The notes: generated by a model from the sequence alone, not told the origin. DNA of 10,116 nucleotides from a virus (IMGVR_UViG_2667527965_000001); one strand, 5' to 3'; shown: positions 1 through 5,960, numbered from the stretch's first letter. Program-made: numbers and translations.

Positions 1-77
1 AGCTGATAGAAACAGAAGCCACTGGAGCACCTCAAAAACACCATCATACACTAAATCAGTAAGTTGGCAGCATCACC
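1..77 (-). mobile_element. IS1 terminal fragment: left inverted repeat plus the first 77 bp, reverse orientation; the element continues leftward outside the window
   Basis: Positions 1-77 are the exact reverse complement of 10040-10116. The sequence read from 10040 (GGTGATGCTGCCAACTTACTGATTTAGTGTATGATGGTGTTTTTGAGGTGCTCCAGTGGCTTCTGTTTCTATCAGCT) matches the IS1 left end and the start of insA (GTG GCT TCT GTT TCT ATC AGC = MASVSIS) as I recall it. Confidence 0.85.
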
Positions 78-179
78 CAAAACATCAACTTTTTCCATAT
101 ACCTTGCTGTGAAGATGATGGGCATAGATGATGCGAACAACCAGAACGCAACAAACAAAAACTGCAATGCGTTTTTCAT
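51..179 (-). pseudogene. Small ORF truncated by IS1: 34 native codons (MKNALQFLFVAFWLFASSMPIIFTARYMEKVDVL, hydrophobic signal-peptide or TM-like N-terminus) fused to 8 IS1-derived codons (GDAANLLI, stop)
   Basis: ATG at 177-179 (minus strand) is preceded by GGAGG at 184-188. The reading frame crosses the IS1 boundary at 77/78 and stops inside IS1. It is absent from the ORF track because it is under the length cut-off. Confidence 0.3.
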
Positions 180-433
180 TATTCCTCCTACAATCAATGT
201 GCAATTACATTTAAACACACCTCAATTTGGCCGGACATATAAATATCTAAACCAGAAAAAATCACTTACATAGCGTTACAAACTCTTTAGTCTAAAGGTT
301 CATCGTAAAACATTCCCCATACTTATCAGTCCGTTCCGCGCCAGGTAGCTCATTGCCTTATCTGGCAACCTGTAATCAGGTTTCCGCTTTTTCAGTTGGC
401 TGGTCGTTTAACCGACATAGTTAATCCATTAAT

Positions 434-721
434 CTAGTTGCCGGATGTTGGTGGATTTTCGCGTTTTAGTTGTTCATAAAAGTGCACAGCTTTAACCAGT
501 TCTTCTGATGTAACTGGGACTGGTGAGGCAGTGAATAAGGCCTGAATTTGATAGTTCGGCCTGTCGTTACAATCCTCTTTTTTCGGTACATATTTCCAGT
601 CACCAGACCACTACTTCCCCTGAAAGTCCGTAACGCCTTTTTTCACGTAGCGATATCGCCATGCCACTGGTTTTGCTTGCCCCGCCGTTTCATGCCCTTC
701 CTGATAATTAATCTCGCTCAT
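434..721 (-). pseudogene. Candidate decayed gene: a 36-codon ORF (MSEINYQEGHETAGQAKPVAWRYRYVKKGVTDFQGK) followed in frame, after a single TAG at 611-613, by 58 more sense codons (WSGDWKYVPKKEDCNDRPNYQIQALFTASPVPVTSEELVKAVHFYEQLKRENPPTSGN)
   Basis: Hand translation of the minus strand. One in-frame amber codon separates two protein-like segments. No homolog recognised. Confidence 0.2.
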
Positions 722-958
722 TCATCGCCCCACTCATCACAATATGCTTCGACCGGAGTTTTTCCCGCTTCATAGTCATCACGCTAGGATTCGACATCAG
801 CAGCACTTCCACCGCGTAACTCACCATAGTCCATTAATAGTTCATCCCGCTCTTCAAAACTGATGTTATATTTAGCTGAACAAAAATCAGCCACTTTGTT
901 CTTCCTCATCGTCTTTTATTTCGTGGTATGAGTAATTGCAGTAGTTAAAGAAAATTTC

Positions 959-1069
959 TTATGCTCCGTCATGAATTTCCTCAGGTGTTGCGTCATCGTC
1001 CACTTCGAATACATCCTCAAAATCTCCACCAGCTATTCCCGTTTCAATAATAATTTTGAACTTTCGCAT
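959..1069 (-). CDS. Small acidic hypothetical protein, 36 aa (MRKFKIIIETGIAGGDFEDVFEVDDDATPEEIHDGA)
   Basis: ATG at 1067-1069 (minus strand), stop at 959-961. Upstream AGGAGG (1093-1098) is separated from the ATG by a GC hairpin (1077-1092) plus 7 nt, so the effective spacing is good only if the hairpin forms. Confidence 0.3.
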   Translation of the reverse strand: MRKFKIIIETGIAGGDFEDVFEVDDDATPEEIHDGA

Positions 1070-1076
1070 TTCACTA

Positions 1077-1092
1077 CCGCCCTTTCGGGCGG
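1077..1092. other. Perfect GC hairpin: CCGCCC, loop TTTC, GGGCGG (GNRA-type GAAA loop on the minus strand)
   Basis: Direct reading. There is no U-tract on either side, so it is not a canonical intrinsic terminator. It sits between a strong SD and the start codon of the 959-1069 ORF. Confidence 0.5.
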
Positions 1093-1331
1093 CCTCCTGA
1101 TGTTCTGAGGGTGCAGAAATCCATCCGGTTAAGGATTAAATTTTATTTACAGAACTGAATTTAATTATTCAGATATACGTATCTGTAGCCTTACGAATCT
1201 ACTCACTGGATGCCTCTTTCATAAAAATAATCCAGTGGGTTTTATCGTTTTTTCCCTGTTCGTTGACAGATAACAGGTTTTCTGTCTGTCAGTGCCAGAA
1301 TCTGGCTTACCGGTATTTGCGTTTCATTCCA

Positions 1332-1688
1332 TTAAAAAATCAGAACGCCGTGCGGCCTCAACACCCGAAAGGCTTCTTTAAATCTCTGTCGCGAATCATC
1401 ACGCCAGGCATCTTTATTCAGCCGTCCATATTTCTTTCCCATCCAGGCGTTATCACCAACACTCTCAAGATGCGGAGGGTCTAATACAACCATCGAAAAA
1501 GATGCGTCTGCAAATGATAATGCACGAAAATCTGCGATAATGTCAGGGCTGATAATCAAGCGTCTCCCATTGCGTAATGTGTATCCTTCTTTTCTGATAT
1601 CGCTGAATATCGCCCGTTCGTCAGACTTATCGAACCAGAACATGCGGCTGCCACAGCACATATCAAGAATGGTTGCCGGTGCACTCAC
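1332..1688 (-). CDS. DNA methyltransferase-like protein (SAM-dependent, probably N6-adenine type), short and possibly 3'-truncated
   Basis: The translation contains LDMCCGS (motif I-like) and VVLDPPH (DPPY/DPPH catalytic motif-like). The start ATG overlaps the stop of the upstream 140-aa ORF (ATGA). The TAA stop at 1332-1334 is followed by 29 more in-frame sense codons before the next stop at 1242-1244. Confidence 0.5.
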   Translation of the reverse strand: MSAPATILDMCCGSRMFWFDKSDERAIFSDIRKEGYTLRNGRRLIISPDIIADFRALSFADASFSMVVLDPPHLESVGDNAWMGKKYGRLNKDAWRDDSRQRFKEAFRVLRPHGVLIF

Positions 1689-2107
1689 TGCGCCACGTCC
1701 TGAAAATTACCCTGATAGAAAGCCAGTATGCGCTGCATAACTTCGCTCTTCCGGCACTCGCGACAGATTATGTTTAGGCGACTGTCGTAGCGACGTATTT
1801 CTCCGTCAGGTGATGACCAGATAAGGTCCGGATCAACCACAGCAGGTTTCTTCACCTTTGCCCTCGAGAGTTTTTTGCGGGCGTTTTGCCAGTCCTTACG
1901 CGCCTGTTCAGAGGGGAATAACCCGTAGCCGGAGTTGTATACATCGCCACTGGCTACCAGCTCTCTGGCAAGAACGCTCATCAGATATCTAGTCGCACCT
2001 GTTTTAGCTTCCAGTTGCCGTAACGTCTCACGGCCGCTCTGGCGCACGAGTTCCACCACCTGCCATTTAATTTTTTCCCGCTCTTCTTGTGTAAAAACTT
2101 TTGCCAC
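1685..2107 (-). CDS. Hypothetical phage protein, 140 aa, possibly with a winged-helix-like N-terminus
   Basis: GTG start at 2105-2107 is preceded by a GGGGG SD about 5 nt upstream. It lies downstream of the O-like gene and is translationally coupled to the methyltransferase-like ORF. No family recognised. Confidence 0.55.
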   Translation of the reverse strand: MAKVFTQEEREKIKWQVVELVRQSGRETLRQLEAKTGATRYLMSVLARELVASGDVYNSGYGLFPSEQARKDWQNARKKLSRAKVKKPAVVDPDLIWSSPDGEIRRYDSRLNIICRECRKSEVMQRILAFYQGNFQDVAQ

Positions 2108-2147
2108 AAGTCCCCCTTAAAATTACCTCATGACCTGAAATCAACAC

Positions 2148-3113
2148 TTATCCTCTGAAACCAGGCGGAATTTCTGTATCCGGTTCAGAAATATGATTAA
2201 CACAACGCTGTACAGGTGAACGTCCCAGGCGGATGACCAGTTCGTCCCATTTTTCGCGGAGCTTTGACGGGCTCATGATGTTTTTTACCCAGAATGGATC
2301 TCGCTGAACCCGACCAAACATTTCGCAAATTTGTCTGTGGCTTCTGCCATCCAGCATCCGCATTGTGCGCACGTCATTGGCCCAGGCAGTCCAGTTAGGC
2401 TCTTTTGGTCGCATGATCTCGCCATCATCACTGGCTGCCTGTTCGTAGAGACCCACGATCCGCCCCCAGATCCACTGCGCACACGCCAAATCCTCCCTGC
2501 TACCCCACTGGCGTTTTTTCGCACTAAACACAACCGCGTCGGAGTTCCGGGTTAAAAAATCCTGTTCAGTCGTCTGCGGGTCCGGTTGCGAAGCTTCCGG
2601 ACGAAAAGTGTTTTTATTCTCTGTAGTAATCTCTGTTGTATTCTCTGTAAGATCATCAGGCCATTTTGACCCGATGACATTGGGTCGTTTTGAACCAATG
2701 GAGCGTTTCATTTTGACCTCTTCCATCGTGTCATTTTGACCTGATGGAGCGGCGCATTTTGAACCGATGGATTCGCTCAATTTGCCACCATCTAAAAGCT
2801 CGCTCCCATAGTTGATCGTGTAGAAATTGGTCATATCGCGCTTTGATTTATTGAGCTTTTCACAACGCAAAAGCCCCAGCGTTTTCAGACTTGCAAACGC
2901 GCGCTTTAACGTTGACTCTGACCAGAATGGGAACTGTTCCAGCCATTGTTCCGTTGTGTTATAAATCCAGCGAACACCATCACATTCCATGCCGGAGTTG
3001 GTATCTCTCAACCAGTAGTGCAGTTGTTGCAAAACAATGGCTTCGTTTAAGCCAATTTTCATTGCCAGCTGCGTGTTTATAACCAGTGGGCGTTCAGCAA
3101 AAAGAAGGCTCAT
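2148..3113 (-). CDS. Replication initiator, lambda O-like (iteron-binding)
   Basis: It sits in the O position of the rightward-operon equivalent. Iterons are embedded in the coding sequence, which translates to a repeated IGSKRPNVIGSKWPD-like motif. The ORF track starts at TTG 3167; ATG at 3111-3113 (MSLLFAERP...) is the more plausible start and overlaps the upstream stop by about 20 nt. Confidence 0.65.
   Translation of the reverse strand: MSLLFAERPLVINTQLAMKIGLNEAIVLQQLHYWLRDTNSGMECDGVRWIYNTTEQWLEQFPFWSESTLKRAFASLKTLGLLRCEKLNKSKRDMTNFYTINYGSELLDGGKLSESIGSKCAAPSGQNDTMEEVKMKRSIGSKRPNVIGSKWPDDLTENTTEITTENKNTFRPEASQPDPQTTEQDFLTRNSDAVVFSAKKRQWGSREDLACAQWIWGRIVGLYEQAASDDGEIMRPKEPNWTAWANDVRTMRMLDGRSHRQICEMFGRVQRDPFWVKNIMSPSKLREKWDELVIRLGRSPVQRCVNHISEPDTEIPPGFRG
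2661..2790. repeat. Iteron array: about 6 direct repeats of CATTTTGA(C/A)C-N-GATGG with a 22-24 bp period; putative ori-lambda-like origin inside the O-like gene
   Basis: Repeat units start near 2662, 2686, 2708, 2732, 2755 and 2778. The flanking 2595-2660 is AT-rich with a repeated TCTCTGT motif. Confidence 0.7.
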
Positions 3114-3615
3114 AATTCCATCCAGCTTTTTGTTGGTATTGCTGTCGATACGCAAGTTTGAAAGCAATTGCTTTTTCTATAAGTTCGTCAGTTTCACGAT
3201 CCACTACGGCAGGATCAGCAAAAAGCAGTCCGGACTCCACCACATCGCCATATTCTTTGTTTAACCCGGCGATCATGCACGTGATGCTTTTTCCGTCAGT
3301 AATTTCACGATACAACCTGAAATCATTAATCCGGATAGCCTCCATAATTGCAGGCACTAGCGCCGTGAACTTTTCACGCTTATCCCTGGTGTCGATAGCC
3401 TTCCAGCGTTCAAATATCTTCACTCGATTAACGCCAAGCGCTCGCTGATCAATCGCGCCACCTTCATATGTGACACGCTGAACATCGATGTTCGGGCGCT
3501 CTTTCAAAGCCCAGAATGCTTCAGTGATTAATATCGTCGCCTGCTCCTGTGTCATTCCTGGGCGACATATCCAGGCATCCAGAGCCTCACGAGCCTGTTC
3601 AGGAGTGATTTTCAT
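3094..3615 (-). CDS. YdaT-like protein (cII-position protein of Rac/Qin-type prophages)
   Basis: 173-aa ORF immediately downstream of the Cro-like gene. The segment IFERWKAIDTRDKREKFTALVPAIMEAI resembles Rac YdaT as I recall it. Family assignment is from memory. Confidence 0.5.
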   Translation of the reverse strand: MKITPEQAREALDAWICRPGMTQEQATILITEAFWALKERPNIDVQRVTYEGGAIDQRALGVNRVKIFERWKAIDTRDKREKFTALVPAIMEAIRINDFRLYREITDGKSITCMIAGLNKEYGDVVESGLLFADPAVVDRETDELIEKAIAFKLAYRQQYQQKAGWNYEPSFC

Positions 3616-3826
3616 TGTTCAACCGCCCCGCCCGCTTCGTCTTACGATATTCATCATAAACTTTGGGATCATACTGAAGCTCCCCGCCAGATGCCTCCTG
3701 TAGACGCATCGCGCGACCTTCAGGAACCAGTATCCCCCAAGCAGCAACACTTGCCAGTCTCACCCCTGCGGCATTGGCAAGCTTTGTTTTGCTGCCAAAA
3801 AAAGTAATTGCGTCAACTTTAAGCAT
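3599..3826 (-). CDS. dicC: Cro-like HTH regulator DicC, 75 aa from the ATG at 3824-3826
   Basis: It is divergent from the DicA-like repressor, and is preceded by a GAGGGGG SD 5 nt upstream. Its size and position match dicC of Qin. The ORF track adds one TTG codon upstream. Confidence 0.65.
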   Translation of the reverse strand: MLKVDAITFFGSKTKLANAAGVRLASVAAWGILVPEGRAMRLQEASGGELQYDPKVYDEYRKTKRAGRLNNENHS

Positions 3827-3840
3827 CAAAGCCCCCTCTT

Positions 3841-3856
3841 GTTAGACTTTTCTAAC
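3841..3856. promoter_or_regulatory. Perfect palindromic operator GTTAGA-N4-TCTAAC in the dicC-dicA intergenic region
   Basis: Direct reading. An identical half-site palindrome recurs at 4352-4367, and a degenerate copy (ATTAGA-ATTA-CCTAAC) at 3890-3905 abuts the dicA start. Confidence 0.5.
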
Positions 3857-3884
3857 ATTATTGTGCGCGGGATACCTAAGTCAA
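3857..3884 (-). promoter_or_regulatory. Putative sigma70 promoter for dicC (leftward)
   Basis: On the minus strand: -35 TTGACT (plus 3879-3884), 16-bp spacer, -10 AATAAT (plus 3857-3862). The operator at 3841-3856 lies just downstream of the -10. Confidence 0.35.
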
Positions 3885-3906
3885 GAAAAATTAGAATTAC
3901 CTAACT

Positions 3907-4314
3907 ATGGATACAAGAACCCTAGGCCAGCGAGTTCTGGCGCGACGAAAAGAATTACGCTTAACACAACGAGAAGCTGCGCGCCTCGCTGGAGTTGCTC
4001 ACGTCACAATTTCACAATGGGAAAGAGACGAAACCCAGCCAGTCGGAAAACGATTGTTTGCTTTAGCGGATGCTCTGAAGTGCTCACCTACATGGCTAAT
4101 GTTTGGTGACGAAGACAAGGCACCAGTGCCTGCACAAGAACTTCATGTGGAAACAGAGCTAACTCCCAACCACAAAGAATTGATCGAATTATTCGATGCT
4201 CTTCCATCTTCCGAGCAGGAAGCCTTGCTGTCTGAAATGCGCGCAAGAGTAGAAAACTTCAACAAACTCTTCGAAGAAATGCTTAAAGCGCGTAAAAATA
4301 AATCAATAAAATAA
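3907..4314 (+). CDS. dicA: DicA-type HTH repressor (cI-like immunity repressor)
   Basis: 135-aa translation with HTH LTQREAARLAGVAHVTISQWERDETQP and C-terminal EMRARVENFNKLFEEMLKARK. It closely resembles E. coli Qin DicA as recalled, and is followed by ydfA, ydfB, ydfC, DicF and dicB in the known order. Confidence 0.85.
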   Translation: MDTRTLGQRVLARRKELRLTQREAARLAGVAHVTISQWERDETQPVGKRLFALADALKCSPTWLMFGDEDKAPVPAQELHVETELTPNHKELIELFDALPSSEQEALLSEMRARVENFNKLFEEMLKARKNKSIK

Positions 4315-4351
4315 CATTCTTTTCAAGTGATTAGTTGCGCCCACTCTTTTC

Positions 4352-4367
4352 GTTAGACCAATCTAAC
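4352..4367. promoter_or_regulatory. Second perfect GTTAGA-N4-TCTAAC operator, upstream of ydfA (dicB operon control region)
   Basis: Direct reading. A degenerate copy GTTAGG-TTAT-TCTAAA at 4388-4403 overlaps the candidate promoter. Confidence 0.5.
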
Positions 4368-4376
4368 AAAAAACAC

Positions 4377-4405
4377 TTGCCTATCATGTTAGGTTATTCT
4401 AAATT
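4377..4405 (+). promoter_or_regulatory. Putative dicB-operon promoter
   Basis: -35 TTGCCT (4377-4382), 17-bp spacer, -10 TAAATT (4400-4405). The match to consensus is weak; the call rests on its position between the operators and ydfA. Confidence 0.3.
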
Positions 4406-4482
4406 ACTTTCCATCAAGACACCGCACGGTGTTCTCAGCAAACAGTTCCGCTACCCCGGCGTTAAGGGGAAATGAGGTAAGC

Positions 4483-4638
4483 ATGGATACTATCGATCTT
4501 GGCAACAACGAATCTCTGGTGTACGGCGTGTTTCCAAACCAGGACGGCACGTTCACCGCAATGACGTATACCAAAAGCAAAACGTTTAAAACCGAAAATG
4601 GTGCCCGTCGCTGGCTGGAAAGAAACTCAGGTGAGTGA
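4483..4638 (+). CDS. ydfA: YdfA-like small protein, 51 aa (MDTIDLGNNESLVYGVFPNQDGTFTAMTYTKSKTFKTENGARRWLERNSGE)
   Basis: GAGGT SD 4-5 nt upstream of the ATG at 4483. Length and sequence match Qin YdfA as recalled. The ORF track begins 18 codons upstream at a non-ATG start. Confidence 0.8.
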   Translation: MDTIDLGNNESLVYGVFPNQDGTFTAMTYTKSKTFKTENGARRWLERNSGE

Positions 4639-4639
4639 T

Positions 4640-4768
4640 ATGGATTTCGACACAATCATGGAAAAGGCTTACGAAGAATACTTCGAAGGCCTTGCCGAAG
4701 GCGAAGAAGCTCTCAGCTTCAGTGAGTTTAAACACGCGCTTTCCAGTTCGGCAAAATCTAACGGCTGA
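4640..4768 (+). CDS. ydfB: YdfB-like small acidic protein, 42 aa (MDFDTIMEKAYEEYFEGLAEGEEALSFSEFKHALSSSAKSNG)
   Basis: ATG at 4640 lies 1 nt after the ydfA stop, with AGGTGAG upstream. It is not in the ORF track (under the length cut-off; the track shows an overlapping frame 4635-4844 instead). Matches Qin YdfB as recalled. Confidence 0.8.
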   Translation: MDFDTIMEKAYEEYFEGLAEGEEALSFSEFKHALSSSAKSNG

Positions 4769-4797
4769 TAAGCGAAACAGCACCGCGAGGAATCAGT

Positions 4798-5016
4798 ATG
4801 CAGAAACGAGAACCCGTCATCATCGCGCCAGACTATACCGATGATGAACTTTATGAGTGGATGCGCCAGAAAATTAATGCAGCGCAGGATCTGAAATGGG
4901 CTAATGAAGCCAGGGCTAAGCAGGCTGAAAATCTGTCCGCTCTGGAGCAGGATATCACCAATCTGGAAAAAGCAGCGGCATTAAGCATTGCCAGAATGAT
5001 TACATACCCGCGTTAG
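4798..5016 (+). CDS. ydfC: YdfC-like protein, 72 aa
   Basis: GAGGA SD 6 nt upstream. Its position after ydfB and its size match Qin YdfC. Confidence 0.8.
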   Translation: MQKREPVIIAPDYTDDELYEWMRQKINAAQDLKWANEARAKQAENLSALEQDITNLEKAAALSIARMITYPR

Positions 5017-5356
5017 TAGCTAATCAACAAAGCTAAGGTTAGTAATTAAGGAGTTCTCCACGGGTGAGGTGGAGTGCGTGCGCCGGACACGGGTGCGCAT
5101 CCGGAACTGACAGTTTACTGAAAGGATATTTCCCTGAAAAGTCAGACCATAACGCGAAAGCGCACGGCGAGGTAGCTGGTTCATAGATAGCCTGTCGTTA
5201 AATTTTCGTCGACCGTGCGCTTCCGGTTGTGGCAACCCGCGAAATGGCGCGGCGGTAAGTATGGCGGGGTTATTCCTTCCCCGTTGAGGACACCGGGTTG
5301 TCAGGTTGACCATACGCTTAAGTGACAACCCCGCTGCAACGCCCTCTGTTATCAAT

Positions 5357-5414
5357 TTTCTGGTGACGTTTGGCGGTATCAGTTTTACTCCGTGACTGCT
5401 CTGCCGCCCTTTTT
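5357..5414 (+). ncRNA. dicF: DicF small RNA (antisense inhibitor of ftsZ translation)
   Basis: TTTCTGGTGACGTTTGGCGGTATCAGTTTTACTCCGTGACTGCTCTGCCGCCCTTTTT matches the DicF sequence as recalled, including the GGCGG/CCGCC terminator stem and U-tract. It sits between ydfC and dicB as in the dicB operon. Confidence 0.8.
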
Positions 5415-5507
5415 AAAGTGAATTTTGTGATGTGGTGAATGCGGCTGAGCGCACGCGGAACAGTTAAAACCAAAAACAGTGTTATGGGTGGATTCTCTGT
5501 ATCCGGC

Positions 5508-5528
5508 GTTAATTGTTAACTGGTTAAC
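5508..5528. promoter_or_regulatory. Three direct GTTAA(T/C) repeats at 7-8 bp spacing, followed by a CCTGG-N5-CCAGG inverted repeat (5533-5547), just upstream of the dicB RBS
   Basis: Direct reading. The half-site resembles the GTTAGA operator half-site. No function is known to me. Confidence 0.25.
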
Positions 5529-5583
5529 GTCACCTGGAGGCACCAGGCACTGCATCACAAAATTCATTGTTGAGGACGCGATA

Positions 5584-5772
5584 ATGAAAACGTTATTACC
5601 AAACGTTAATACGTCTGAAGGTTGTTTTGAAATTGGTGTCACTATCAGTAACCCAGTATTTACTGAAGATGCCATTAACAAGAGAAAACAAGAACGGGAG
5701 CTATTAAATAAAATATGCATTGTTTCAATGCTGGCTCGTTTACGTCTGATGCCAAAAGGATGTGCACAATGA
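5584..5772 (+). CDS. dicB: DicB cell-division inhibitor, 62 aa
   Basis: MKTLLPNVNTSEGCFEIGVTISNPVFTEDAINKRKQERELLNKICIVSMLARLRLMPKGCAQ matches DicB as recalled. GAGGA SD 7 nt upstream. The ORF track begins at an upstream non-ATG codon. Confidence 0.85.
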   Translation: MKTLLPNVNTSEGCFEIGVTISNPVFTEDAINKRKQERELLNKICIVSMLARLRLMPKGCAQ

Positions 5773-5960
5773 ATTCAGCATTTGTGCTTGTTCTGACAGT
5801 TTTTCTTGTTTCCGGAGAGCCAGTTGATATTGCAGTCAGTGTTCACAGGACAATGCAGGAGTGTATGACTGCAGCAACCGAACAGAAAATTCCCGGTAAC
5901 TGTTACCCGGTCGATAAAGTTATTCACCAGGATAATATCGAAATCCCGGCAGGTCTTTAA
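5769..5960 (+). CDS. ydfD: YdfD-like small membrane/lysis protein, 63 aa
   Basis: ATG overlaps the dicB stop (ATGA). Hydrophobic N-terminus MNSAFVLVLTVFLVSGEPV. Position and size match Qin YdfD. Confidence 0.8.
   Translation: MNSAFVLVLTVFLVSGEPVDIAVSVHRTMQECMTAATEQKIPGNCYPVDKVIHQDNIEIPAGL

Noticed and set aside
64-273. Plus-strand 69-aa ORF from the track
   Set aside because: It starts inside the IS1 terminal fragment at a non-ATG codon and has no SD. The opposite strand carries a better-supported small ORF with GGAGG and ATG.
548-775. Plus-strand 75-aa ORF
   Set aside because: Low-complexity, Pro/Phe-rich translation with no SD. It overlaps the amber-interrupted minus-strand frame and is probably spurious.
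1263-2120. Plus-strand ORFs 1263-1484, 1540-1740 and 1935-2120
   Set aside because: They are antisense to the methyltransferase-like and 140-aa genes, which have SDs and translational coupling; the plus-strand ORFs have neither.
2661-2790. Possible CRISPR-like repeat array
   Set aside because: The period is only 22-24 bp with no spacer-sized unique segments, and the repeats lie inside a coding sequence. These are replication-origin iterons, not CRISPR.
2285-3703. Alternate-frame and antisense ORFs 2285-2533, 2331-2555, 2891-3082, 3037-3264, 3158-3448 and 3488-3703
   Set aside because: All are embedded in the O-like and YdaT-like genes in other frames and are explained by those longer, context-supported genes.
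3861-4109. Plus-strand 82-aa ORF overlapping dicA
   Set aside because: It is in a different frame from the well-supported DicA repressor and has a Cys/Arg-rich, non-protein-like composition.
4404-4783. Minus-strand ORFs 4404-4655 and 4586-4783
   Set aside because: They are antisense to ydfA and ydfB, whose sequences match known Qin genes.
5020-5720. Minus-strand 111-aa ORFs 5020-5355 and 5385-5720
   Set aside because: Arg-rich, low-complexity translations antisense to the GC-rich spacer, DicF and dicB. They are most likely frame artefacts.
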